Assembly (NCBI GenBank): GCA_964455525.1
Contig: CAYVWR010000006.1
Coordinates: forward strand, 192,212 to 256,211
Length of the DNA: 64,000 bases
Source of the DNA: an uncultured Alphaproteobacteria bacterium
GTDB lineage: Bacteria > Bacteroidota > Ignavibacteria > OLB7
Direction: 5' to 3'
The notes under the pieces are model-generated. The model was not told the origin of the DNA, did not search any database, and saw only the letters and a list, made by a program, of their open reading frames with translations. Within the stretch, counting starts at the first letter, position 1. The number at the start of each line of letters is the position of its first letter. Made by a program: the position numbers and the translations under genes. This document shows positions 21,501-33,370 of this stretch, in pieces.

Positions 21501-22673
21501 GTGCGATTCACTCCGGCCGATACACAGACGGTATCCGACAAGATCACCATCCGGCAGGCAACCCCCTGCCCGGACTCGCTTTTTGTGCTGGTAACCGGCA
21601 ATGGACGCTGCGCGACGGTACAATCGGATTCGCTTCAGATCGACTTCGGCAGCGTTATCGTGGGCGCCTCCGATGAACGGTTGTTCACGCTCACCAATCC
21701 ATCGGCCGGTCCAATGGATATCACGGAGATAACGGCAACGGCTCCATGGACGATCCTCCAGCCGACTCCCCCGCTAAGCCTGGCTCCTGGCGGCACGGTG
21801 CAGGTGCGGGTACGTTTCCAGCCGACCGATACGGTGCTTGCGACCGGCAGCCTGGTTATCAAACAGAATACTCCATGCCTCGACTCGATAACGGTACCAT
21901 TGCGTGGAACCGGACGGATCATCGTAGGAGGCCGGGCGCTGATCGTGATCCCACAGACGGTGCAAGGCTCCCCAGGCGATCGCATCGCCATCCCAATCGT
22001 TCTGCAGGAGGCACAACTGCTTCGTGAGTCGGAGGCAACGACCATCCGTGCAACCATGCGGTTCAATGGCACGCTCCTGTATCCGGTTGGCATTCGTTCC
22101 AAGGGAGAACCGTTCCAGAAGACATCGGCCGATGCGGCCACAACGGTCGGCAGCATCATATCGCGTCATCTGGTGAACGGCGAGCAGGTGCTGACGTTCG
22201 AGCTACAGAACAATCCGGTGCCGCTGGCGCCCGATACGCTTGGCTATATCGATGTCGTCGTGGCACTTGGCAATGCGCTGACAACGCCGATCAGCTTTGA
22301 TACGCTTTTCTGGACCGATGGAGAAGTGGAGCAGGAGCTGCGCGACGGCTTGTTCTCGCTTTCCGGTTACTGCGATGAGGGAGGTACAAGGCTCTTCCTC
22401 CAGAACGGCACATTCGGCATCAAGCAGGCAACGCCAAATCCGTTCAATCCATCGACTGAAATTTCGTTCGAGTCGATCGGAAGTGATAAAACTTCACTGG
22501 TGATTTACGATCTTTATGGCCGCCCCGTAGAGACGCTCGTCAATGAGGAGCCACTGCCTGCCGGGGTCTACACACGTCCATGGAATGCTCTGAATTTCCC
22601 ATCCGGCATCTACCATGCGGTGCTTACATCATCGAATCTCCGCAGCAGTCACCGGATCGTTTTGCTTAAATAG
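18537..22673 (+). CDS. giant T9SS-secreted surface protein with Gly-rich region and tandem PapD/ASH-like repeats
   Basis: Signal peptide. ~280-aa Gly/Ser/Asn low-complexity block (about 19140-19980). At least 5 tandem ~95-aa repeats of the type IDFG.V..G......TLTN.G..P..IT.I......F........L.PG (choice-of-anchor-D/ASH-like). C-terminal T9SS CTD (GIKQATPNPFNPSTEISFES...GIYHAVLTSSNLRSSHRIVLLK). Confidence 0.8.
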   Translation: MKAASTSVLMFFLLAFTAMAQPRVSYMIPDIGAPGMNTYVEIIAPFDAINTFGSNGPSLNKGDGTDNVSVTPANLSDTNRIVVGPLVVSWDARLIATQIFVKPGATVGIVPLRITVGGLSTVINEFEIVTPQILGTGGTVTGGGIIGQGGFGVRSKRGAMIVDRLVLDGGEYRISTQDPDLSTPGNQGYLPFILISKGLLAITPGTTLRADGSTLDAGPGGGGGGGFFCDKPFVGTGNPGSNGGAGYTGGGSGGRNNNNGTGSYNAVGNGSGQDGKSLNGIDPGGYNACSSWEGAGGGTGHPFGSSAPAACLPASGTFGGGTTAGNTGGGGGAGYGSNGQPGSGLNASNNYGRQHGNRQGVPVAGGSGGGSGNPQSAGILEACAGAGGGGGGAIALFSMETLNNNLVSAKGGDGGSRSGATSGAGGGAGSGGYITLGAKVGFSGGGSGDVTGGAGGNSNGGNGAPGRARFDGFTLGVQPTFDGQSDPYIGPTIDTLTYWQSPTIPLHGTFNGNDAIRVYMKKDGGGSWRQVVPDPTYVGREWNQPVTVTEGEGLYYFVAVQVVPTPSTDPNQSEPSWVFSQAAANMIYVDLIPKIEVDRTSLSFPDVACEHEMFDTVKIWNSGDDTLIVTNPTVTGDFSILPPYGTTFRIAPTLAPPYDTVRMVIRFAPTTPGAKTGTLTLPNNDPRTGKNPVLVQLTGTKLNIQSDLSPRIIDFGEICQDAITTASARFSVTGDLNGAIKSITRLGSGPTPFALIAPLPASLPLAVASGSTSDITVEFRPTATGTFIDSFQVVVDPCDSSYVVVVTGRAIETAVRVMPNPLPFGSVLIGDPSPSIAVTIENTGSDPAVITDMFIRPAGAPYTAPTGLIGTSVAPGATNAVSGAVTFTPTTPGLANAELVVILGTLCPDTAIVTIVGNGIRCAQPIPAPLSLDFEQVLLGTSRLDTVTLTNNSADPMEITEISVPAPWSIVEPTPPLTLLPSGSVQVVVRFTPADTQTVSDKITIRQATPCPDSLFVLVTGNGRCATVQSDSLQIDFGSVIVGASDERLFTLTNPSAGPMDITEITATAPWTILQPTPPLSLAPGGTVQVRVRFQPTDTVLATGSLVIKQNTPCLDSITVPLRGTGRIIVGGRALIVIPQTVQGSPGDRIAIPIVLQEAQLLRESEATTIRATMRFNGTLLYPVGIRSKGEPFQKTSADAATTVGSIISRHLVNGEQVLTFELQNNPVPLAPDTLGYIDVVVALGNALTTPISFDTLFWTDGEVEQELRDGLFSLSGYCDEGGTRLFLQNGTFGIKQATPNPFNPSTEISFESIGSDKTSLVIYDLYGRPVETLVNEEPLPAGVYTRPWNALNFPSGIYHAVLTSSNLRSSHRIVLLK

Positions 22674-22785
22674 AAGCTGAGTTGTAATCTTCGTCGTTGA
22701 TTACTCATCCGGCGTCCTGGCAGAAGCCAGGACGCCGCCAACGACGCCGCCCCCAATCATATCGACTATCTCAAATGGCTTCTCT

Positions 22786-24876
<2,091 letters not shown>

Positions 24877-25003
24877 CGCCTGATATTCGCAAGAAACAGC
24901 GACGGGCGGCCGGTTATCCGGTCGCCCGTTTGTATTCCGGCGATCGCCCATCCCCCTGCAATACGGCTTCGGCATGCCGAAGCATCTCCCCTCCGATCCT
25001 ATG

Positions 25004-26008
25004 CTACCGAAGCGCCAATGCCATCTCGATGATCTCGCGTGGGATGTCATCATGATTGGCGCCTGGAACGATCGCCTCGGCCAGAGGTACCCGGTTTGGC
25101 GGCGCTCCGGCATTGAATGCGCCAAAAAATGCGCTTCCCTGGCCGGCAAGCACCGAATTGACCATGGTATAGCCAAGCCAGTTTGCACGCAGCACATCGC
25201 TGATAGCCGCCTGTCCTCCCCTCTGGAAATACCCCATATCCACGGTCCTGATCTCGTGCCGACTGCTGCGACGCTCCAGCGTATGCGCCAGAAGTCCCCG
25301 TATCTCCTCAAGTGACTTTGGATATGCCTCACTGACGATAATGCGGGTATCACGGTCTCTGGATTCGATCATGTCGGCCACCATATCGAAGCTCACATCC
25401 TCGTCCGGACGGATAACATATTCGGCACCGGTAACGATGCCTGCATAGAACGGGAGAAACGCCGATTGCCGTCCCATCGACCCGATGATATAGACACGCC
25501 GGTGGGCCGATGCGGTATCGCGTATCCATTCCATCATCTCCAGACTCCGGCTTATGGCCGAGTAGAAGCCAAGCGACGTGCCATAAATGTTGGCGACGTC
25601 ATTATCGATCGAGGCAGCCGTGAACAGCACAGGAACAGAGCTGCCTGCCTGCTTGAGCATCGAATCGAGATCGTGTGCCGCATGCAGGCTCCCGTTTCCA
25701 CCGCAGGCAAAGAGCACATCAAATTCATCTTCGATGAAATTGGCAAGCACCCGCTGCTTCAGCGCAATGTCCTCACGCAGCTCCGGCACCCGCAATGTGC
25801 CCAGAATCGTCCCTCCCAGCGTGCTGATGCCCGCGGTGTCTATGGAAAAAAGCCTCCGGTAGCTCCGCTCGATAAGCCCGCGCCAGCCATCGAGAATGCC
25901 CCACACCTGGGCGCCGGGATGGAGGTTCAGCACCGAACGGGTGACCGCTCGGATGAATGCGTTCATGCCGGGGCAATCGCCCCCACCAGTTAGTATACCT
26001 ACTTTCAT
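25004..26008 (-). CDS. pfkA: 6-phosphofructokinase (PFK family A)
   Basis: MKVGILTGGGDCPGMNAFIRAV... and ...FACGGNGSLHAAHDL...IDNDV are PFK nucleotide/F6P-binding motifs. Start placed at MKVGIL (26006-26008). ATP versus PPi specificity cannot be read from the sequence alone. Confidence 0.85.
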   Translation of the reverse strand: MKVGILTGGGDCPGMNAFIRAVTRSVLNLHPGAQVWGILDGWRGLIERSYRRLFSIDTAGISTLGGTILGTLRVPELREDIALKQRVLANFIEDEFDVLFACGGNGSLHAAHDLDSMLKQAGSSVPVLFTAASIDNDVANIYGTSLGFYSAISRSLEMMEWIRDTASAHRRVYIIGSMGRQSAFLPFYAGIVTGAEYVIRPDEDVSFDMVADMIESRDRDTRIIVSEAYPKSLEEIRGLLAHTLERRSSRHEIRTVDMGYFQRGGQAAISDVLRANWLGYTMVNSVLAGQGSAFFGAFNAGAPPNRVPLAEAIVPGANHDDIPREIIEMALALR

Positions 26009-26500
26009 GCAGCCAAAGATGTCTTGAGTTAGAGAGCCGAACCGGACCGACGGCATCCGCCAACCACACCTACAGGCACGTCCCTGCCACGTGGGCAGCG
26101 TTGCGCACCATCGCATAGACCAATGGAGGTTGCAGCGCATACGCATCCCTGGGCACTCTCACGGCAGCAACAAACAGGATCACAATCCCGAGCAATCTTA
26201 TACCGCGATGGTGTCACCAGCCTGGCTCAGGGGGAGGCCTCGAAGAATGGTGCTTCGGAGAACCGAACGGGCCATGGTTTTGCGCAAGGTAGGCACACGG
26301 AGGGGCACTGCCAACCATTGCTTCCCTTTTTTATGAAGAAGCATCATCGCATCATATTCCACTAGCCGATCTGCCGATCGTAGCCCCGCACACTTTCGGT
26401 ACGGCCACCTCCTCTTCTGTTGCCTAACTTCGCAGCTTCATCAACAGCCGGTCGTGACCGGCCGCACCCGGCTGAACAAGAAACAACCGTTCCGAATCAG

Positions 26501-29014
26501 ATGGCAACACTCCCGATCGAGGAGGCGCTCCCAAGGTTGAAGGAGGCCCACCGCCTCCACCGCAATGTCGTCCTTCAGGCTCCCCCAGGCGCTGGAAAAA
26601 CCACCCGGGTGCCCATCGCACTTCTTGATGAGCCTTGGCTCCAGGGAGGCACCATAGTGATGCTGGAGCCTCGACGGCTTGCCGCACGCGCAGCCGCGCA
26701 ACGCATGGCCACAATGCTCGGCGAAAATGTTGGCGGCAGGGTCGGCTACCGAATGCGTATGGATAGCAAGATCGGTCCCACGACACGCATCGAAGTGCTC
26801 ACCGAAGGAGTGCTCACGCGTCGGCTGCAATCGGACCCTGCTCTGGAAGGGGTAGGGCTGGTGATCTTCGATGAATTCCATGAACGGAACCTTCAGGCGG
26901 ATCTGGGACTGGCCCTTACGCTCCAGTCGCAGCATCTTCTCCGTGAGGATCTTCGGATTCTTGTCATGTCGGCAACGCTGAACAGCGAGCCGGTGGCAGA
27001 CCTGCTGGGCAATGCCCCGATCGTAACAAGCCAGGGACAAAGCTACCCGGTTCAGACCCGCTATCTCCCCCGACGCCAGGATGAGCGGCTGGAGCGAGGC
27101 ATGGCCACGGCAGTGATGGCAGCCCTGGCACGCGAGCATGGAGATATCCTGGCCTTTCTTCCAGGCGCTGGAGAGATACGCAGGGTGGCCGAACTGCTGA
27201 AGGAAAGCCATCTGCCACCGGAGATAGCCGTTGCCCCGTTGTATGGCACTCTGCCACAGGAGGCACAGGACAACGCAATCGCTCCCAGCCCGCAAGGCAG
27301 CCGCAAAGTGGTGCTCGCTACGTCCATCGCAGAGACAAGCCTGACAATCGAAGGAATACAGGTTGTTGTGGATAGTGGCCTGATGCGCATCCCGCGGTTT
27401 TCTCCTCGCAGTGGCATGACCCGTCTGGAGACCACTCGTGTCTCGCGGGCATCGGCAGATCAACGCCGGGGCCGAGCCGGGCGTCTTGGTCCCGGCATCT
27501 GCTATCGACTCTGGAGCGAAGCAGAGCAGGAAGCGCTCCCCCCCTACAGCACGCCGGAGATCCTGGAGGCAGATCTGGCGCCGCTTGCGCTCGATCTGGC
27601 CGAGTGGGGGGCCACACCGGAGGATCTGCTCTGGCTCGATCCTCCATCGGCGCCATCGTATGCACAGGCACAAACCCTTCTTCATGAACTTGGGGCGCTC
27701 AGCGCCGCAGGTGCCCTCACACCACATGGGCGCCGGATGGCAAAACTCCCGGTTCATCCCCGTCTTGCCCATATGATGCTCAAGGGAGAAGCGCTCGGCC
27801 TTGGCGGGCTGGCTTGCGAGCTTGCTGCTCTGCTGAGCGAACGAGACCTGTTTCGGGCTGGCAACGGCCCCGGCGATGCCGACATCCGGCTTCGGCTCCA
27901 GGCACTTCGTGATCTCGACCGGGGAGTCCGTCTGGACCAACTCCGAACCCATCATCACCAGCTCGATACAGGCTCTGCCCGTAAAGCCCTTGCCGAGATA
28001 CGACGGTGGAAAAAAATAATGAAGGTGCAAGGCACAGAAGACGATATCGAGCGTTGCGGGCTGCTGCTGGCATTTGCCTATCCCGACAGGATCGGCGCTC
28101 GGCGCCCAGCCTCATCCGGGCGCTATCTCCTGCGAAATGGTGGTGGAGCATATTTCGCCGAGCCGCAACTTCTATCACAATCGCCCCATATCGTCGTCGC
28201 CGATCTGGATGGCAAGCGCCGAGAGAGCAGGATATTTCTTGCCGCACCAATGGCACTGGAGGATATCGAGGAACATTTCAATGAGGAGATCATCAGAGAG
28301 GATGTGATCTCATGGGATGCCGAGGCAGGAGCGGTGCGGGCACGGCGGCAGGAACGCCTGGGAGCCATCACCCTTCATGAACATCCTCTGGCAACGCCCG
28401 ATCCTGAAACCGTGGTAACGGTTCTGCTGGAAGCGATCGCTCACGAAGGACTTGCCATACTTCCCTGGAGAGGAGGAGCACGACGGCTCCAGGAACGGAT
28501 GATCTTTATGCACCATCATGATCGTTCATGGCCGGACGTTTCCAACGAAACATTGGCAGCCACACTCGATCGCTGGCTTGCACCACACCTCTATGGCATC
28601 CGCCGCCGCGACGATATGGCACGGCTCGATCTGGAACGCGTGCTTGGCGGCATGCTCTCGTGGGAGCAACGGAATATGCTCGATACCCATGTGCCAACGC
28701 ATCTTACCGTCCCAAGCGGCTCGAATATCCCGATCGACTATGAAAACCCGGAAGCCCCCGCGCTCTCGGTCAGGCTACAGGAGATGTTCGGCCTCACCGA
28801 AACACCTCGTATTGCGCGGGGCATGGTACCCCTTACGGTGCATCTCCTCTCGCCCGCACACCGCCCGGTACAAGTCACCCGCGATCTGGCCAATTTCTGG
28901 CGCACTACCTATTTCGAGGTAAAAAAGGATCTGAAGGGACGATATCCCAAGCATTACTGGCCGGATGATCCGCTTCAGGCAGTCCCGACCAATCGTGCAC
29001 GGCCACGGAGATAA
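26501..29014 (+). CDS. hrpB: ATP-dependent RNA helicase HrpB
   Basis: Walker A APPGAGKTT. DEFH box (VIFDEFHERN). HrpB-specific C-terminus YPKHYWPDDP. Length and order of motifs colinear with E. coli HrpB. Confidence 0.9.
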   Translation: MATLPIEEALPRLKEAHRLHRNVVLQAPPGAGKTTRVPIALLDEPWLQGGTIVMLEPRRLAARAAAQRMATMLGENVGGRVGYRMRMDSKIGPTTRIEVLTEGVLTRRLQSDPALEGVGLVIFDEFHERNLQADLGLALTLQSQHLLREDLRILVMSATLNSEPVADLLGNAPIVTSQGQSYPVQTRYLPRRQDERLERGMATAVMAALAREHGDILAFLPGAGEIRRVAELLKESHLPPEIAVAPLYGTLPQEAQDNAIAPSPQGSRKVVLATSIAETSLTIEGIQVVVDSGLMRIPRFSPRSGMTRLETTRVSRASADQRRGRAGRLGPGICYRLWSEAEQEALPPYSTPEILEADLAPLALDLAEWGATPEDLLWLDPPSAPSYAQAQTLLHELGALSAAGALTPHGRRMAKLPVHPRLAHMMLKGEALGLGGLACELAALLSERDLFRAGNGPGDADIRLRLQALRDLDRGVRLDQLRTHHHQLDTGSARKALAEIRRWKKIMKVQGTEDDIERCGLLLAFAYPDRIGARRPASSGRYLLRNGGGAYFAEPQLLSQSPHIVVADLDGKRRESRIFLAAPMALEDIEEHFNEEIIREDVISWDAEAGAVRARRQERLGAITLHEHPLATPDPETVVTVLLEAIAHEGLAILPWRGGARRLQERMIFMHHHDRSWPDVSNETLAATLDRWLAPHLYGIRRRDDMARLDLERVLGGMLSWEQRNMLDTHVPTHLTVPSGSNIPIDYENPEAPALSVRLQEMFGLTETPRIARGMVPLTVHLLSPAHRPVQVTRDLANFWRTTYFEVKKDLKGRYPKHYWPDDPLQAVPTNRARPRR

Positions 29015-29057
29015 CGGAGGCCATACCCGCACCCTCCATCGAAATATATCAGTGCGC

Positions 29058-29684
29058 TCACGCCCCCTTGAGCACATCCAGTTCGATAAGTTGTTCGATA
29101 GCGCCGACCAGCCCTCTGACCTGATAAGCCGATATGCCGACCGCACGCGCCCCCTCTATATTCAACCGGTTATCGTCGAGAAAGAGGATGCGCTCCGGCG
29201 GATATCCAAGCTGCTCCACGATATACTCGAATATCTCACGATCGGGTTTGAGCAACCCAACCAGATGCGAAGCGAATGTATGCGAGAAGTACGGCAGCAG
29301 GTTCATCTCCCGATCGATACGAGACCAGTGCAGCGCATTGGTGTTGCTCAGACATGCCACGGGATAATCGACTGCAAGCTCTTCGAGCAGATCCGTTGCC
29401 CCTGCATATGCCCCCTTCGTCCAGGCGGTAAACTCCTTGAGAAACTGGTCACCGCTCACAGGGATCTGAAACTCCGCAAGAAAATCCTCGGCAAACCGAT
29501 TTGCGTCGATACGTCCGCACTCAAAGCCACGAACGCTCTCCGAGACAAGCCATCGCTCCCAGAGCTCGTCGGCGGAGACATGATCGCCCAGCCATTCCTG
29601 CATGCGAGAGACCCCTGTCAACTCGATAAGCACCCCTCCCAGATCGAACACAATAACATCGAACCGCCGCCCATTGGTGCTCAC
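29058..29684 (-). CDS. HAD-superfamily hydrolase (subfamily IA-like)
   Basis: N-terminal FDLGGVL (DxG motif I). Downstream motif LSNTN...K...LDDN pattern. 208 aa. Confidence 0.7.
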   Translation of the reverse strand: MSTNGRRFDVIVFDLGGVLIELTGVSRMQEWLGDHVSADELWERWLVSESVRGFECGRIDANRFAEDFLAEFQIPVSGDQFLKEFTAWTKGAYAGATDLLEELAVDYPVACLSNTNALHWSRIDREMNLLPYFSHTFASHLVGLLKPDREIFEYIVEQLGYPPERILFLDDNRLNIEGARAVGISAYQVRGLVGAIEQLIELDVLKGA

Positions 29685-29867
29685 TCAGACTCTCCTCGGC
29701 CATATGATTATCACAGTCTTCTCCAAGGTTGTTTCACCTGTATCGCTATAACATTATCCGCCATTTGTACACGGTTTTGCGCGCATATATATCCATGGAG
29801 ATAGAGGTAAAACCGCGCTTTGCTGTACCACTCCCGCGTTCTTCCAGACGCATAAACTCCTCGAACG

Positions 29868-29981
29868 ATGGCAAGCATCAAGATCGCTCTCCGCAAGAAG
29901 GCAAACAAGGATGGAACCTATCCGCTGGCGTTACGGATCACCAAAGATTCGGAAGGCGTGTTATATCTATCTGGGCTGTAA
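29868..29981 (+). pseudogene. tyrosine recombinase/integrase N-terminal fragment (37 codons)
   Basis: MASIKIALRKKANKDGTYPLALRITKDSEGVLYLSGL* has the characteristic N-terminus of Bacteroidota-type integrases (arm-binding domain, MASIKIxLRK-KANKDGxYPLxLRITKD). It ends at a stop after 37 aa with no catalytic domain downstream. Confidence 0.6.
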
Positions 29982-30095
29982 CTGTTATGCCATGACCCGG
30001 ATTATGCCGATTTTTTGAGAGACGCATCGGATTTGCGCATGATCGCCACGCTGGCGGTCGGCAGAATCGGCACCGTTGGGTGGAAAGCGGCCGTT

Positions 30096-30704
30096 TCAAT
30101 GCTCTTTCCTGAAGGCGAGCCAGGTCCAGCGAACGCCCATCGCTTGATTGCCCGGCTGTATGGAATCCACCTGCGACTGGCGTAACAGAAGGAAGCCTGA
30201 TCGGATGGCTGCCTCGATCGTTTCGTCTGGCGACACCTGAAATACGCGGCGCCCGGGCGCTCCCGGCCCGTGGCGAAGTGACATAATCAACAAGCCACCA
30301 ACCGATACCATTCGCCCTAAATTCACCATGGCGATTTGTCGTGCCGCATCGTCGATATGCTGCCACACGCCGCACAGCGTCACCAACTCGAAAGGGCCAT
30401 ACATCGGCACATTCACAAGGCTGGGAAGCCTGTCATCCAGCCACGTAATCTTGTCGGCCCGATGCAGCGCCATTCCAGCTTCGCGAAGCTCGTTGACAGG
30501 CTCAACCGCTAGCACGTCATGCCCTTGCTGAGCGAACCAGGCGGCATCCCTCCCGGTTCCAGTCCCGATGTCGGCCACCCGCACCGGCTTCTTGGGCAGG
30601 AGATCGAGCACCGGCACATAAAGCTCATTCGGGTCAAATGCCTCGAATCGTGAGATCAGCGAAGGCGTCGCTGCGGCCGCATATCCCTCTAGGATATCGT
30701 TCAT
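30096..30704 (-). CDS. class I SAM-dependent methyltransferase
   Basis: VADIGTGTGRDAAWFAQQGHDVLAVEP is Rossmann motif I (GxGxG) plus an acidic residue at the end of beta-2. About 200 aa. Confidence 0.7.
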   Translation of the reverse strand: MNDILEGYAAAATPSLISRFEAFDPNELYVPVLDLLPKKPVRVADIGTGTGRDAAWFAQQGHDVLAVEPVNELREAGMALHRADKITWLDDRLPSLVNVPMYGPFELVTLCGVWQHIDDAARQIAMVNLGRMVSVGGLLIMSLRHGPGAPGRRVFQVSPDETIEAAIRSGFLLLRQSQVDSIQPGNQAMGVRWTWLAFRKEH

Positions 30705-31653
30705 CGTATGTAAGGTTTCCACCGATCTTGACTGTCGTGCCTCTACGGTATTTTGCCGACCGTTGCAACAGCATCCAGATAATCCGCCCACGCCCGCATA
30801 ATCACCGTCCCAGAACTTCTGAGGTCAGAGGACAAAACTGGCGGCCATGCGGTCCATGGCAATCGAACCAGTATTGGCATGTCGTCAGCAGATGGTTGTC
30901 ATGGCCAACCGACGCCTCGTCGATGAACGCTTTGACCTCGTCGTCGGCCAGCCCCGCGTTGCATACCGCACGCTTACAGAGACCGAGGGCATTGAAGGCG
31001 TTCCCATCCTGGCCCATCAGCCGAACGCAAATGTCAGGGAATTTGATGATGGCATTACAGACACATCTGAAGATAGGGAAGGCCGCTGCCGGAATTTTCG
31101 GCAGCGGCCTTCGCTTGCCTGAAAACCTTGCCGAGCAGGGGAAGAAAGCTGTAAACGCAAAAGCGCACTCCATCACATTCAAAAGAGCCAATGCCGTGCA
31201 ACTAGTTGCACGAGCGGATATCTTTTTTACCGACCGTCAATCATTCCTGTTCTTGAATGGAGAGTAAGGAGCTTTTGCATTTCATGGTTTTTCGGAAGGA
31301 CCGCAGAAAGCGTTCACGCTGAATGGTGAGAGGGCGAACAGGATGGCCAGGGAACAGATTCGACAACGTGTATCAGGGAGGAAGTCTTATACCATAAGGG
31401 AACCGCTCGCTGGCAGGGCCACAGGTTCAATGGTCGGCAGCACACAGCAACAACGCACCTTCTGCCTTATCATCGAGTGCGCTGAATGAATGCAGACCCG
31501 GCCCCGAGAAGAGCACAGGCCTGCTCCCTACTCACGACAGACAGCAGCCGATCATAACCGACATTGCATCCACCCCGGCATTATTCTCTTCAGCCGTATG
31601 GCCTGAACATGCTCGGCCCATATGGCTCTCTACGGAAGAACATTGCAATCCTC

Positions 31654-32019
31654 TCAGCCGGCCGCAGCAGGCTCAAAGAACGTAACGCAGTTGCCATCGG
31701 AGTCGAGAATGGTAAATTCATTCATCCCCCATGGCTGCCGCTGTATCGTTCCATTCGGATGAATCACCCCCTGGGACCGCATCTCCTCGTACAATCCGTC
31801 GATCTCCTTGACACCAACACGACAACTGGTCAAGGCTGGGATACTTTTATCATTACAATTCCAGAAATGGATCTGCACAGCATCACGCTGCACAATGCCA
31901 TACGAGCCTGGTTCCTGATACACTGATGTAAATCCGAGCGTACCGACCCAGAATTCTACGGTCTTGGGAATATCAAGCGAGGCAAGAACGGGCACTGCGC
32001 TCTCTAAGATGGGCGACAT
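31654..32019 (-). CDS. VOC/glyoxalase-bleomycin resistance family protein
   Basis: MSPILESAVPVLASLDIPKTVEFWVGTLGF...HFW...TILDSDGNCVTFFEP fold pattern of glyoxalase/BLMA-like small proteins. Start at 32017-32019. Confidence 0.6.
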   Translation of the reverse strand: MSPILESAVPVLASLDIPKTVEFWVGTLGFTSVYQEPGSYGIVQRDAVQIHFWNCNDKSIPALTSCRVGVKEIDGLYEEMRSQGVIHPNGTIQRQPWGMNEFTILDSDGNCVTFFEPAAAG

Positions 32020-32425
32020 AAAACAATTTCCCCCTCTAACGGCTTGTGTGTATAGGATTCCCTCCCTTCGCACCACGCTACAATTAGTGTGGCACAATAT
32101 ACACACTCAAATGCGGTTTATGCCGTAATGATTAGGGCATCATATGATTATTCCAGCGCTATTATGGTTGCATTCACAGATCCCAGGCAATATGATCTGC
32201 ATTGGGCATTGCTCCTAAACCCTGCCATCCCGTATCCACAATCAGCACAGGCCGCGAGTCTACTACCAGTAGAACCACATCCCCAACCACATAGGCATCG
32301 CAGGGGCCGCCGACAGAAGAAACTGAGAGCATACGAAGTTATCCACAGGCTTATACTATCACTGGTGTATATGTGGAGAAGTATGCCACGGCATAAAGCA
32401 GAAGGTGGAGTATAACAAAAGCAAT

Positions 32426-32472
32426 GCGGATACCACGTGGTCATTGGGGTGTAATGACCACGTGGTATCCGC
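32426..32472. terminator. 20-bp near-perfect palindrome (GCGGATACCACGTGGTCATT-GGGGTG-TAATGACCACGTGGTATCCGC); likely bidirectional terminator or protein-binding site
   Basis: Read directly from the sequence. It sits between the anti-sigma gene end (32513, minus) and the VOC gene. On the minus strand it is followed by ATTGCTTTTGTT. Confidence 0.5.
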
Positions 32473-32512
32473 ACAGAGAGGGCTTGCGGCCCCCTTTATC
32501 GCACAAGCGTTA

Positions 32513-33370
32513 CTAGCGCTGCTGGGGAGGGGTAAACTGCATCTTGACCTTCAGCGTATCATTGGTCTTACGTTGCAGGGTCGGTTCCTGCATCTGCAGG
32601 GCCGAGCGTTCCTGATCGACCTGCTGTGCAGAGAATTCCGCTGTGGTCTCAGAAACGGGCACGGTAGCCGGTGCCGCCTCTCCTGCCGCAACGATGCCCC
32701 CGATAGAGGAGGACTGCGCAACGGGCAGGGTTATCGAAGACGGGGTTCGTGCTGCTCGACCAAGCGAGCGGCCCTCCTGCCCTTCGGCGGCACTGACGTG
32801 CAGTGCCGCGCCTGGGTCTTCCGAAGGCATCATGGAGGCTTCCTGAGCGGCTTCATCCCCTCTCGGAAGCGTTGTATTGGGAGGAACTGCCTTGATAACC
32901 GGAGCCTTGGCGGCTCCGGTCTCTCTATTCAACTGCTGCTGTATCCCGGAAGATGGGGTGGTTTCCCCCGGAGCATTTCCTACAAACAAGGCAACTGCAA
33001 ACCCTGCAATCGTAAAACCGATTGCGGCAACCACCGCGATGATCCACTTGAACATCCCGGGACTCAACCCTGCCCCTCCACTACGCGGGAACACCTTTGC
33101 CGTGGGAGCTGCCGGAGTAGTAGTGGGTTCAGGACCGGCCACAGCAGTGACCTTTAGCATATCAACGACTTTGGAACGAAGCCCTGCATGCCGCGAGGGA
33201 ACCGCGTCGCGATGTTTCCTGATAGCGCTCTCGACGATTCGGTAGGCTTTCAGCGTTTGGCGCAGATTGTTGTCGACCGCTACCTGTATGAAAAATTCCT
33301 GTTCATCTGCGGAGTTCATCTCTCCGCTAAGGTAGCGTTCAACCCAACGTTCCTGTTCCGTGCGCGTCAT
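32513..33370 (-). CDS. anti-sigma factor (single-pass membrane protein)
   Basis: Start ATG overlaps the sigma gene stop (ATGA). N-terminal cytoplasmic segment MTRTEQERWVERYLSGEM...EQEFF. Single TM (WIIAVVAAIGFTIAGFAVALFV). Pro/Thr/Ala-rich periplasmic region. Confidence 0.7.
   Translation of the reverse strand: MTRTEQERWVERYLSGEMNSADEQEFFIQVAVDNNLRQTLKAYRIVESAIRKHRDAVPSRHAGLRSKVVDMLKVTAVAGPEPTTTPAAPTAKVFPRSGGAGLSPGMFKWIIAVVAAIGFTIAGFAVALFVGNAPGETTPSSGIQQQLNRETGAAKAPVIKAVPPNTTLPRGDEAAQEASMMPSEDPGAALHVSAAEGQEGRSLGRAARTPSSITLPVAQSSSIGGIVAAGEAAPATVPVSETTAEFSAQQVDQERSALQMQEPTLQRKTNDTLKVKMQFTPPQQR

Noticed and set aside
29690-29867. tRNA or att site expected next to the integrase fragment
   Set aside because: No cloverleaf-compatible segment or GTTCGAATC-type T-loop was found by eye in the flanks. 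tRNAscan-SE would be needed to exclude this formally.
30638-31267. Overlapping ORFs 30638..31267(+), 30847..31122(+) and 30802..31191(-) between the methyltransferase and VOC genes
   Set aside because: Mutually overlapping, with no motif, no signal or start context, and atypical composition. The region is more likely non-coding or decayed island DNA.
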